Of a stretch of DNA of 64,000 bases, positions 51,493 to 61,264 are shown in pieces; the first letter of the stretch is position 1; every line of letters starts with the position of its first letter. The stretch covers positions 320,001 through 384,000 of the forward strand of contig JAYQJW010000002.1 of NCBI GenBank assembly GCA_038142325.1. The letters are read 5' to 3'. Made by a program: the position numbers and the translations under genes. Below the pieces are notes generated by a model, which saw only the letters and a list, made by a program, of their open reading frames with translations, did no database searches and was not told where the DNA came from. Origin of the DNA: Gammaproteobacteria bacterium (GTDB lineage: Bacteria; Pseudomonadota; Gammaproteobacteria; GCA-002705445; GCA-002716945).

Positions 51493-52700
51493 TTTTCACC
51501 AGAATGGCGTTATAAGCACTTTACATAATTTATCAAATCGTACATTAAGCGAGATTGAGAATGAACTTAAAGAACACTCTAAACAATTACCAATTGAACT
51601 AATTTTACCATCTTTGTATTCTGAATTGAGCGGCCCCTGCATTAAAAAAAATAGTCTCTTGTTTAAGTGAAGTAAAATATTTAAATCATATTACTATTGG
51701 TCTCGATAGAGCTAATAAATCTGAATTTAAAAAAGCTAAAACATTTTTTTCAAAACTAAAACAACCTCATTCAGTAATTTGGAATGATAGCCCTAAGATG
51801 AAACAATTAGATAATGATTTCAAAAAATTAGGAATTGCTCCTGATCAACCTGGTAAGGGAAAAAATGTTTGGTATTGTATGGGGTATACTTATTCTAGAA
51901 ATGAAGCAAAAGCAATTGCTCTTCATGATTGCGATATAATAACTTATACACGTGAACTTTTGGCTCGATTGGTTTATCCTGTTGCAAATCCAAATTTTAA
52001 TTATGAATTTTGTAAAGGCTATTATCCTCGGATAAGAGATAATGCTCTAAGCGGGAGAGTAACTAGACTTCTTGTAACACCACTTCTTAAAACATTCAAA
52101 AAAGTATTAGGGCATAGAGACTATATAGAGTTTATAGATGTCTTTAGATATCCACTGGCTGGCGAATTTTCATTTAAAAGTAGGCTTTTAAAAGAAATAC
52201 GCATCCCATGTGACTGGGGTTTAGAAATTGGACTACTGTCTGAGATGCAAAGAAATCAAGCTTACAACCGTATTTGTCAAGTTGATATCGCTGATACTTA
52301 TGATCATAAACATCAAGTACTCTCAGAAAATGATACAACACAAGGGCTATCAAAAATGTCCATTGATATCACCAAGACTTTAATTAGAAAGCTTGCGGCA
52401 CAAGGTGATACATTTACCTATAATACTCTCAGAACAATTAAGGCTACGTACTATCGGACTGCATTGGATTTACTGGAAATCTATCATAATGATGCAAAAA
52501 TTAATGGTCTCGAGTTGAATATTAATGAGGAGGAAATAGCGATAGAACTATTTTCAAATAATATTATTATTGCTGGCCAAGAATTTTTGGATAACCCTAA
52601 TCAAAATCCACTTATAACTAATTGGAATCGTGTGGAAACAGCGATGCCAGACATACGAAATAGGTTTTTAGATATAGTAGAATCTGATTCTAAAATATAA
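51485..52700 (+). CDS. gpgS: Glucosyl-3-phosphoglycerate synthase; frameshift in C-run near 51635
   Basis: MSDFHQNG.ISTLH, GKGKNVW, LHDCDI, GRVTRLLVTP, YPLAGEF, DWGLEIG, YDHKHQ. Confidence 0.88.
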
Positions 52701-52716
52701 GCGTAAGTAGATATAA

Positions 52717-54513
52717 ATGCCTAAAAATAAAAAGCAAGCACTAGAGAAGAGAGTATTTCACCACATAAAGCGTATATACAAAGACAATCTTAAACATGAT
52801 GAGATAGACGGTCTGTCAGAAAAACTATTAGAGCATATTATCTTTTCTCAATCAGACCTCCCAACCCACATAACAGAGGATGGAACCCAATGGACAGAAA
52901 AAACTGTGGTACTAATAACGTACGCTGACTCAATTGAGGACAAAAAAAATCTTCCAATTAAAGCTATCGATAATTTTTTAAAAAACTTTTGTGTTGATAT
53001 GTTTGAAGCTGTTCATATATTACCCTTTTTTCCATCAAGCTCAGATAAAGGATTTTCAGTAATTGATTACTACACAATTTATCATAATTTTGGTCAATGG
53101 AATGATATCTTAAGTATCTCAAAAGAATTTGGAGTTATGGCAGATGTTGTTATTAATCATGGTTCATCTAAAAGTAAATGGTTTGAAAACTTTATAAAAG
53201 GAGAGGGTAAAGGCCATAATTATTTTCTCAATTTTGAACAAAAATTTGATACTTCGAAGGTAGTGAGGCCAAGAACAAGTGATTTACTAAATCCTATAGA
53301 TACCGCAAATGGAATAAGATATGTTTGGTGCACCTTCAGCGAAGATCAAGTTGATTATAATTTCAGTAACCCAGTTGTTTTATATGAGTTCATTCAAATT
53401 ATAATCTTCTATCTATCAAAGGGTATAACTATATTTCGATTTGATGCAGTTGCATTTATTTGGAAAAAAATTGGTACTACTTGCATTAATCTTGATAAAA
53501 CTCATGAAATTGTAAGATTATTTAGAACCATATTAACTTATTTAGCACCTAAAGCCATTTTAATCACAGAGACTAATACGCCAGCCAGGGAAAATGTATC
53601 TTACTTTGGAAATGCTAATGAGGCGCACTGGATTTATAATTTCTCTCTTCCTCCAATTTTAATATATTCGATTCTCTCAAGTGATTCTTCATATCTTGAG
53701 CAACTTACTATGAGTATGCCGCCTTCTCAATTGGGAACATCATATCTTAACTTCATAGCTTCTCACGATGGAATTGGTCTTCGACCAGCTGAATCTTTTC
53801 TTACGAAAAACGAAGTGGTTAAATTTATTGACCTTATGGAGAAAAACGGAGGAAAAGTATCATATCGTAATAATAATACTGATACTCCTGAGCCATATGA
53901 GATTAACATATCTCTTTTCGATGCAATGAAAGAAACTTTTAATAAAGAGAGAAGTCTTGATATCGAGAGATTTATTTGTATACACACAATCATGTTTTCT
54001 CTAGAGGGTGTGCCAGCACTATATATCCATAGTCTTTTTGGATCAAATAATGCTTACGATTTATATCAAACAACTAATCACAACAGATCTCTAAATAGAG
54101 GAAAGATTACCAATAATGATTTGGATGCATTAAACAAAAAAACTAAACAGTCTTATATATTTAATACCCTTAAGGACTTAATTGCTATTAGGAGAAAACA
54201 AATTGCTTTTCATCCTAATTCTACTCAATTCACTCTTCATTTAGGAAGAGACTTGTATGGAATTTGGAGACAAAGTTTAGATAAGAAACAATATATTTTT
54301 TGTATTTCAAATTTAACTGAAAAAAATACAAGCCTAAGTTTACTAGACCTTAATCTGTCAGAATTTAATCAATGGAAGGATTTATTATCAGATATTGAAA
54401 TTACAGATAAAACATCAGAAATTGATCTTAGTCCATATCAAACAATTTGGTTGAGTAAATATGATCTAATGAAAATTTTTATATGTTTTAACTATTTGAT
54501 ATATACCAAATAA
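52717..54513 (+). CDS. GH13_18 sugar phosphorylase, probably glucosylglycerate phosphorylase
   Basis: LITYAD, HILPFFPSSSDKGF, WCTFSEDQVD, RFDAVAF.WK, TETN, ASHDGIG.RP, YEIN; follows gpgP-gpgS. Confidence 0.85.
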   Translation: MPKNKKQALEKRVFHHIKRIYKDNLKHDEIDGLSEKLLEHIIFSQSDLPTHITEDGTQWTEKTVVLITYADSIEDKKNLPIKAIDNFLKNFCVDMFEAVHILPFFPSSSDKGFSVIDYYTIYHNFGQWNDILSISKEFGVMADVVINHGSSKSKWFENFIKGEGKGHNYFLNFEQKFDTSKVVRPRTSDLLNPIDTANGIRYVWCTFSEDQVDYNFSNPVVLYEFIQIIIFYLSKGITIFRFDAVAFIWKKIGTTCINLDKTHEIVRLFRTILTYLAPKAILITETNTPARENVSYFGNANEAHWIYNFSLPPILIYSILSSDSSYLEQLTMSMPPSQLGTSYLNFIASHDGIGLRPAESFLTKNEVVKFIDLMEKNGGKVSYRNNNTDTPEPYEINISLFDAMKETFNKERSLDIERFICIHTIMFSLEGVPALYIHSLFGSNNAYDLYQTTNHNRSLNRGKITNNDLDALNKKTKQSYIFNTLKDLIAIRRKQIAFHPNSTQFTLHLGRDLYGIWRQSLDKKQYIFCISNLTEKNTSLSLLDLNLSEFNQWKDLLSDIEITDKTSEIDLSPYQTIWLSKYDLMKIFICFNYLIYTK

Positions 54514-54650
54514 AAAATATTATAGGCATTATTATGAACAAGGATATTAGGTAGACTCTGAACATAGTTCTGAATTTCATTTTTGTTTTAGCATTTTTGT
54601 TCACAATATAATCCAAACATATTATTCTTACTTTTTCGAGGTATTTTTCA

Positions 54651-55211
54651 ATGAATAATGATAACTCTCTACAATTTGAGTTGAATCTTGTAGATAAATA
54701 TATGACTAATCCTAATCCTGAATTAGCTGAGGTCTTAATTAAAGAGTTTTCATTTCATAAAATTAATCATACAGAGCCCTCATTAGAACTATCTCAATGG
54801 ATTATCGAAAGATCAAAAGATGCTTTAAAAAATCATAATAAAACTGCATCAATTTTTGGTTTAACAGGTGTAGGAGCAAGACCGGCTATCCATTTAAAAT
54901 ATATTTCCATGAATGTATATTGCTGGATGTCAATTTTGGATAATAGCGATCATCAACATGCATTTAATAATACTGCAAGATTATTTGGAACCGATTCAGA
55001 TTCTGTGAAAATTGCATTTGAAAGAAAGAACCATGATTTTGGTGAACGTGAATTGTGTCGTGTGGGTCTAGATTTATGTATTGCAATTCATGACATTGAA
55101 ATAACATCTCATCATAGAGAAATTGTTTTAGCCACGTTAAATGAGGAAATCGACATTCAGATGATGAAAGACTTCACTCACGACCGGGCAATGTATGATA
55201 ATTTCAAATAG
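54651..55211 (+). CDS. Hypothetical protein, possible helix-turn-helix
   Basis: 186-aa ORF with GAGGT RBS; AFNNTARLFGTDSDSVKIAF looks HTH-like. Confidence 0.6.
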   Translation: MNNDNSLQFELNLVDKYMTNPNPELAEVLIKEFSFHKINHTEPSLELSQWIIERSKDALKNHNKTASIFGLTGVGARPAIHLKYISMNVYCWMSILDNSDHQHAFNNTARLFGTDSDSVKIAFERKNHDFGERELCRVGLDLCIAIHDIEITSHHREIVLATLNEEIDIQMMKDFTHDRAMYDNFK

Positions 55212-55227
55212 ATTTAAAGAAACTTTA

Positions 55228-55383
55228 TTAGCTAATTGTGGATGTGATTAAGTAGATTAAACCAACAACAAACAAAAACGACAATGCTCCTGATAACAAG
55301 TAACTTAAATTAAGATTTAACATTTTATTATTTAATGTAACAACGGAAAAAATTAGAATCAGAAGAACAGCGATAAATTCCAT
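55228..55383 (-). CDS. Small two-TM membrane protein (51 aa, not in ORF track)
   Basis: MEFIAVLLILIFSVVTLNNKMLNLNLSYLLSGALSFLFVVGLIYLITSTIS-stop. Confidence 0.5.
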   Translation of the reverse strand: MEFIAVLLILIFSVVTLNNKMLNLNLSYLLSGALSFLFVVGLIYLITSTIS

Positions 55384-55434
55384 ATCAACATAGTAAACTA
55401 ATTAAATATTTTTTGTTATTAGTTATCTGATTTA

Positions 55435-55658
55435 TCAGGTAAACAGATTACCTACATACTCACTCTGCTTAGTTTGAATTGGAGGACATTTGATATCTCC
55501 ATAAGAGCAAAACACGCAACAATCACCAGCTTTAGCTTTTATAACTGTTTTGCAATTTGTACATTCTAAAAAATATTGACAAAAAAAGTCGAGGGCATCG
55601 TGATAGTTTTTTCATGACTGCAGTGTGGACAAATGAGTTTAGATTTATGATTAATCAT
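55435..55658 (-). CDS. GDCCVxC domain-containing protein (not in ORF track; frameshift in T7 run at 55581-55587)
   Basis: MINHKSKLICPHCSHEKTITMPSTF / CQYFLECTNCKTVIKAKAGDCCVFCSYGDIKCPPIQ. Confidence 0.88.
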
Positions 55659-55749
55659 ATCTATAATTGTATATAAATTTAAAAATAACATTAACAAATT
55701 CGCACACTTTTCTTTACAAAATTTTATGTTTTTAAACTAATGTCAGATG

Positions 55750-55818
55750 TTGGGTTCAAATTGGGTCAAAATTAATTAAGGGCTAAAGCTTTGTTTTATT
55801 AAGGGCTATTTAAAGCTT
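55750..55818. repeat. Short direct repeats just 3' of tRNA-Glu
   Basis: TTGGGTTCAAA/TTGGGTCAAA (55750-55770); ATTAAGGGCTA at 55775 and 55798; TAAAGCTT at 55784 and 55811. Confidence 0.6.
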
Positions 55819-55823
55819 GATTT

Positions 55824-55896
55824 CGTCCCCAAGGGGATTCGAACCCCTGTTGCCGCCGTGAAAGGGCAGTGTCCTAGGCCTCTAGACGATGGGGAC
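55824..55896 (-). tRNA. tRNA-Glu (TTC); CCA not encoded
   Basis: GTCCCCATCGTCTAGAGGCCTAGGACACTGCCCTTTCACGGCGGCAACAGGGGTTCGAATCCCCTTGGGGACG followed by AAA. Confidence 0.97.
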
Positions 55897-56049
55897 TTAA
55901 ACAACTTCGAAATATTATACAGAGATATTTAATAAAAAGATAATATAAATAAGTTGAAGGTCTAAGTATATTTTAATTCAATACTATATTCGAACATTTC
56001 ATATTTTCTTCAAGATGCAGATCCTAGTTGTGTTACGATGCTCTATAAC

Positions 56050-56592
56050 ATGGCTGAAAGTAAACCTACACAGAAGTTTTGTATGTATTGTGGTTCACCC
56101 ACACAGGATAAAATCCCAGAAGGCGATAATAAAGAAAGAGCAGTATGTACAGTATGCGGCACTATTCATTATCAAAATCCAAAAATCGTCTCTGGTTGTA
56201 TACTTGAATGGGAAAATAAGATTTTATTGTGTAAAAGAGCGACAGAACCTAGAAGTGGTTTTTGGACACTTCCTGCAGGTTTTTTAGAAAATAATGAAAC
56301 TGTAGTTGAAGGCGCGTTAAGAGAAACCTTCGAAGAGGCTACTGCCAAATCTGATGAGATTAAACTCTTTTTTATGTGTGATTTAAGACATATAAGTCAG
56401 ATATATATGATGTATGTTGGAAAACTATTAGATGGTAAATACGCTCCAGGACCCGAGAGCGAAGAAGTAAGGCTATTCTCTGAATCTGATATACCCTGGG
56501 ATGACATTGCTTTTTCTGTTATTGAGAAAACTTTAAGATTATATTTTGAAGATAAGAAAAAGGGCATTTATCACTACATTTTGATACCATAG
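56050..56592 (+). CDS. NUDIX hydrolase with N-terminal zinc ribbon
   Basis: FCMYCG..CTVCG.IHYQNPK, WTLPAGFLE..E....GALRETFEEA Nudix box. Confidence 0.92.
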   Translation: MAESKPTQKFCMYCGSPTQDKIPEGDNKERAVCTVCGTIHYQNPKIVSGCILEWENKILLCKRATEPRSGFWTLPAGFLENNETVVEGALRETFEEATAKSDEIKLFFMCDLRHISQIYMMYVGKLLDGKYAPGPESEEVRLFSESDIPWDDIAFSVIEKTLRLYFEDKKKGIYHYILIP

Positions 56593-56599
56593 ATCCGAG

Positions 56600-57406
56600 A
56601 TGAAAAAATTATTCTTATTTTGTGTATTTACCTTTACAGCTACGACTGTTCTTTCTCATGATGATAATGAAGAAAGGATAAAATTTTGGAAAGAATACTA
56701 CAATCCAAAGATTGAAGCCGTAGGCAGCAGCGTTCCCTCAGTTAATATTTCTCTAATTAAAAATAAACCTTTCTATCAGGTTAAAACTAATATTAGAAAC
56801 TTTAAGTTTACTCCAGAAAAAAATATGCAAAATAATTTGTCATCAGAGGGCTATGGTAAATTATTTATAAATGGTGAATATGTAAGTAGAATTTATAGCG
56901 AATATCATTTTGTTAAAATATTGCCAGTTGGTATTAATGAAATTAAAGTTATATTAAGTTCTAACCTAGATCATGATGTTTCGTATAACGGCAAAGTAAT
57001 ATCAGATACAATTACATATCAGTTCCCAGAATATACATTTTCTGAAGCGCGCAATAAATCATATAATCAAATGATACAATGTGAATTTTCAGACTCTGGT
57101 CAAGCTCTTCTTAAAAAATTGAAAGCCAAAAATATGCTCATAACAGAATCTTCTGATCATCTTAAATGCAGATATGATGCAAGACATGACATTTTAAAAC
57201 CTTTTGTCGACAAAATGACAAGGCTACAAAGACATTATCATGAGGTAACACTTGATGCCCTATTGAAACGAATTGATGTTTGGAAAGCTCATGAGAATAA
57301 TAAGATATCATTGCAAGATGCTAGATCACAAAATCAGAAAATTGAAGACGAGATTGATATCCTTATGCAGAAAAAACTTGAACAACTTGAATCTGCGCAA
57401 AAATGA
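56600..57406 (+). CDS. Exported hypothetical protein
   Basis: Signal peptide; beta-rich N-domain (NFKFTPE...EGYGKLFING..VSRIY...LPVG.NEIKV.L) and helical C-domain. Confidence 0.7.
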   Translation: MKKLFLFCVFTFTATTVLSHDDNEERIKFWKEYYNPKIEAVGSSVPSVNISLIKNKPFYQVKTNIRNFKFTPEKNMQNNLSSEGYGKLFINGEYVSRIYSEYHFVKILPVGINEIKVILSSNLDHDVSYNGKVISDTITYQFPEYTFSEARNKSYNQMIQCEFSDSGQALLKKLKAKNMLITESSDHLKCRYDARHDILKPFVDKMTRLQRHYHEVTLDALLKRIDVWKAHENNKISLQDARSQNQKIEDEIDILMQKKLEQLESAQK

Positions 57407-57636
57407 ATCTTGATACATTCATAGAAGCATATACAGTAACTGCACTTGTCATGTTTCCAATTTTAGTTTTCATAGCAATTCTACTTGTAAGAGATTTGGG
57501 AAAATACTCTAAACTTTCAGAAAAAATTAATAATATATTAAAAAATCTCTCAGAAGATTTAAGCGACAAAGGTTATAAGAAAAATTCAAACGAATCTGTT
57601 CTCCAACATATTAGTAGATACATTAATAAAAAATAA
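57403..57636 (+). CDS. Small single-TM hypothetical protein
   Basis: 77 aa, one TM, ATGA overlap with upstream gene. Confidence 0.6.
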   Translation: MNLDTFIEAYTVTALVMFPILVFIAILLVRDLGKYSKLSEKINNILKNLSEDLSDKGYKKNSNESVLQHISRYINKK

Positions 57637-58644
57637 TTATTTAATTATTAAGTTAAAGACTTTATCTGGTGTGAGATTAATCATACATAGATTGGATGGA
57701 CATTTTCTTATAGCATCTGTGTTGTAGCAAGGCGAACATTTCATATTTATATTTGCCTCTCTAATTTCATTATCACCATTTCCATAAGGGCCAGTTTCTT
57801 TAAATGGAGTAGGACCATGTAGTGATATTACTTTTTTACAACCTACACCTGCAACATGTACAGCACCACTATCATTAGCAACTGCACATTCAGCATTTTT
57901 CATTATCTCTACAAGATTAGGGATGTTGGTATTACCGCATAAATTGTGAACTCTGTGACTATCAAAATTGAGCTCATCAATAAAATCTTTCTCATTATTA
58001 TTTCCTGTGACAACAATATCAAAATCTGTTGATTGAAGAACTTTATCAATTAAATCTTGCCAGTTTTTTAATGGCCAAGCTCTGTAGCCTCTATAATTTT
58101 GTTTTTTGAATTTACTGTTTGTCGGACAACAAACTACGTATTTATTCTTAATTTGATATTCATTAAAAATATTAATACCAGAACCTTTTAAATATGGGAA
58201 TGCTTTACTACGATTTATATTCCGATAATAGGATTCAATGATCTTAAGCTGATGGTGCACTCTATGTTCATTTTTGATATCTTCTGCTACATATGTTTGA
58301 GGTACACCAACCTTCAACTTTGCATTAGTATATTTAGCTAAACTGATAAACTTTTTACCTAATTCAAGATTGATAACTGCGTCATAGGGTTTAAAAAAGG
58401 ACTTAATAACTATCTTAAGTTTATCTAAATTCAATAATAGAGGTAGTTTAGTAAATTTTACGAATATTGGTTTTATTTTTTCGTCAAATTCAAATAGATC
58501 TTTTAAATTTGGTTTTGTAACCCATTCAATCTCTAAATCTTCTTTATAGTAATCAAATAGAGGTCTTATTACAGAAGTTGAATCAATGGTATCGCCAAGC
58601 AATCCACATCTAATTATTAAAATTCTCTTCTTTTTTTTATCCAT
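57637..58644 (-). CDS. Glycosyltransferase family 9 protein
   Basis: ILIIR..LLGD, RAWP, NDSGAVHVA, CSPCY; likely ATG at 58644. Confidence 0.88.
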   Translation of the reverse strand: MDKKKKRILIIRCGLLGDTIDSTSVIRPLFDYYKEDLEIEWVTKPNLKDLFEFDEKIKPIFVKFTKLPLLLNLDKLKIVIKSFFKPYDAVINLELGKKFISLAKYTNAKLKVGVPQTYVAEDIKNEHRVHHQLKIIESYYRNINRSKAFPYLKGSGINIFNEYQIKNKYVVCCPTNSKFKKQNYRGYRAWPLKNWQDLIDKVLQSTDFDIVVTGNNNEKDFIDELNFDSHRVHNLCGNTNIPNLVEIMKNAECAVANDSGAVHVAGVGCKKVISLHGPTPFKETGPYGNGDNEIREANINMKCSPCYNTDAIRKCPSNLCMINLTPDKVFNLIIK

Positions 58645-58684
58645 TAATTCGTTTAGAATATCGCAATTATAATTATATACCATC

Positions 58685-59452
58685 ATGGCTAATTGGATAA
58701 AATTCGAACATAATAATTCTCAATCATTTGGAATAGTTAATGATAATCAAATAACTGTTTATGAGGGAGATATGTTTAATAATCCAACTGAAACAGATAG
58801 TAAAATTAACTTGAGTGATGTAGTTTTAAAAAATCCTTGCCAACCCTCTAAAATGATTGCCTTATGGAATAATTATCAATCTCTTGCTAATGAAAAGGGT
58901 TTATCAAAGCCAAATAACCCACTATACCTTAACAAGGCTATTTCATGCATTATAGATCAGGGCGAAAATATTATTCGTCCAAAGAGTTACGAGGAAAGTA
59001 TTTTTTTTGAGGGCGAGCTAGGTATTGTGATTGGTAAAAAATGTAAAGATGTAACAGTAAACGATTCATCCAACTATATTTTTGGATACACATGCATCAA
59101 TGATGTAACCGCAATGGACCTCGTTAAAAAAGATCCAACATTTGATCAATGGACAAGATCTAAAAGTTATGACACATTCGGAATATTTGGTCCATGTATA
59201 GCAACAGATGTTGATCCAATGGCTCTTGAGATTACTACTACAGTGGATGGAGAAATTAAACAAAACTATAAAACTAATGATATGTTTTTCAATGTGTATG
59301 AAATTGTAAGTTTTCTATCTCATGACATGACTCTAAACCCAGGAGATATAATTGCATGCGGTACTAATTCGGGACTTGGTCCAATGAATTCAAATCAAAG
59401 TGTTACAGTTTCAATAACATCTATTGGCAAGGTAACAAATAAGCTTATTTAA
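58685..59452 (+). CDS. Fumarylacetoacetate hydrolase family protein
   Basis: FEGELGIVIGK, GYTCINDVTA, RSKSYDTF..FGP, TLNPGDII.CGT. Confidence 0.92.
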   Translation: MANWIKFEHNNSQSFGIVNDNQITVYEGDMFNNPTETDSKINLSDVVLKNPCQPSKMIALWNNYQSLANEKGLSKPNNPLYLNKAISCIIDQGENIIRPKSYEESIFFEGELGIVIGKKCKDVTVNDSSNYIFGYTCINDVTAMDLVKKDPTFDQWTRSKSYDTFGIFGPCIATDVDPMALEITTTVDGEIKQNYKTNDMFFNVYEIVSFLSHDMTLNPGDIIACGTNSGLGPMNSNQSVTVSITSIGKVTNKLI

Positions 59453-60321
59453 CTTTTATCTTCTTTCCAAATATCTGGTGCACCCTCAGGACGCGGTTCA
59501 GGTATAGCATCAAATTCTATTTTATCTTTACCGTTATAAACCAAAAAATGCTTCCCTTTTGCTCTGCCAAGCAATGTGACATTTGTTTCTCTAGCAACAC
59601 TTAATCCCATTTCAGTGATACCTGATCTCGACAACAATGTAGGTATATTCATTTGAGCCACCTTGATTACCATTTCAGATGTTAATCTTCCCGTGGTATA
59701 AAACAATTTATCATTTCCACTTATATCATTTAGCCACATATGACCAGCGATTGCATCAACAGCATTATGCCTTCCAACATCTTCCACAAAATCTAAAATT
59801 TTATCATTGTCACATAATGCACATCCGTGAACAGCACCAGATTTTCTATAAATTTCGTTTTTATCATGAAGGAGTTTAAGAAGATGATAAATTGTCGATT
59901 GTTTAATCATAAAATCATTTACTTTATTTGATTTCAGTTCATCCATTATTCCGCCGAAAGTTGTACCTTGACCACATCCTGATGTAACAACACGATGTTT
60001 TAGTTTATTACTCACTTTGGATAGATCTAATGAATTTGTTTTTACTGCTGCTGCATTTACAGACCAGTCCACATGCACAGACTTTAGTTGCGATATATCT
60101 TCTATGATTCCTTGATTTCTTAAATAGCCAACAACCAGTGCTTCAGGGTAGTGACCAAGAGTCATAAGAGTAACTATTTCTTTTTTATCAACATAAATAG
60201 TTAAAGGTAATTCACCTGTAATAGAAAATGATCTTTCATTATTATATTCATCTACGACATTAATTTTAGCTGTATCTGGTCGTTTAGAATTAGATAAGTC
60301 TATTTTGGATTCATTACTCAT
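59449..60321 (-). CDS. fdhD: Formate dehydrogenase accessory sulfurtransferase FdhD
   Basis: E.PLTIY, TSGCGQG, GAVHGCAL, EDVGRHNAVD, TGRLTSEMVIK. Confidence 0.93.
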   Translation of the reverse strand: MSNESKIDLSNSKRPDTAKINVVDEYNNERSFSITGELPLTIYVDKKEIVTLMTLGHYPEALVVGYLRNQGIIEDISQLKSVHVDWSVNAAAVKTNSLDLSKVSNKLKHRVVTSGCGQGTTFGGIMDELKSNKVNDFMIKQSTIYHLLKLLHDKNEIYRKSGAVHGCALCDNDKILDFVEDVGRHNAVDAIAGHMWLNDISGNDKLFYTTGRLTSEMVIKVAQMNIPTLLSRSGITEMGLSVARETNVTLLGRAKGKHFLVYNGKDKIEFDAIPEPRPEGAPDIWKEDKS

Positions 60322-60349
60322 ATGTTTTAAATTATATTACAATACAACA

Positions 60350-61264
60350 ATGATTAAGTTTATTTTTTTATTTCTATTAGTTATCTCAAGTAATATCCAT
60401 GCCGAAATAATCAAAATAACTATTCTTGGAAGCGGTACACCAAGAGTAAATATTGAAAGATTTTCACAATCTATATTAATAGAGCATAAAAATGATAAAT
60501 TTCTTTTTGATACAGGAAGGGGCGCGCTTTTAAGACTTTATCAATCTAATGTCATGCCTAATGAAATTAATAATATCTTTTTTACTCATCTACACTCAGA
60601 TCACATTCTTGGTTTTGCAGATATATTAATGACTGGCTGGGTTTATCACAGAAAACAACCTCTTAAAATATATGGTCCAGTTGGCACAAAAAATTTTGTT
60701 GATAGTACATTGAAAGCATATGAAGAAGATATAAAAGTAAGAAGCATGGCGCCTGAGAATTTAGATGTGAATGTAATTAAGTCTGATGTAAAAATTATTG
60801 ATGATGGATTTAAGTATGAGAAAAATGGTCTTACAATAGAAACATTCTCAGTTAAACATGAACCATTTACTCATGCTTTTGGATTCAAAATATTCAATGA
60901 TAAATACTGTTTGGTAATATCCGGTGATACCACTTATTCTGAGAGAGTAATAGAAAAATCAAAAAACTGCGATGTACTTATTCATGAGATAGCGCATGCG
61001 TCTAAGCATACATTAGACAAATACCCGAAAGCAAAAGGAGTTATCTCTTATCATACCAATACAAAGCAAGTAGCTGATATTATAAATAAGGTTAAACCAA
61101 GACTTACAGTGCTCAATCATGTTTTGTCATTAGATGGCTCAACCGATAATCAAATATTAGAATCAATAAAAAATAATACCAAACATAAAGTTCTTATTGC
61201 AAAAGACTTAATGACAATCGACTTAAAAGAAGAAATTTATATTTATAAGCAAAAAAACTTATGA
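60350..61264 (+). CDS. Exported MBL-fold hydrolase (RNase Z/AtsA-like)
   Basis: Signal peptide, LGSGTP, FTHLHSDH, SGDT, LIHE, YHT. Confidence 0.85.
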   Translation: MIKFIFLFLLVISSNIHAEIIKITILGSGTPRVNIERFSQSILIEHKNDKFLFDTGRGALLRLYQSNVMPNEINNIFFTHLHSDHILGFADILMTGWVYHRKQPLKIYGPVGTKNFVDSTLKAYEEDIKVRSMAPENLDVNVIKSDVKIIDDGFKYEKNGLTIETFSVKHEPFTHAFGFKIFNDKYCLVISGDTTYSERVIEKSKNCDVLIHEIAHASKHTLDKYPKAKGVISYHTNTKQVADIINKVKPRLTVLNHVLSLDGSTDNQILESIKNNTKHKVLIAKDLMTIDLKEEIYIYKQKNL

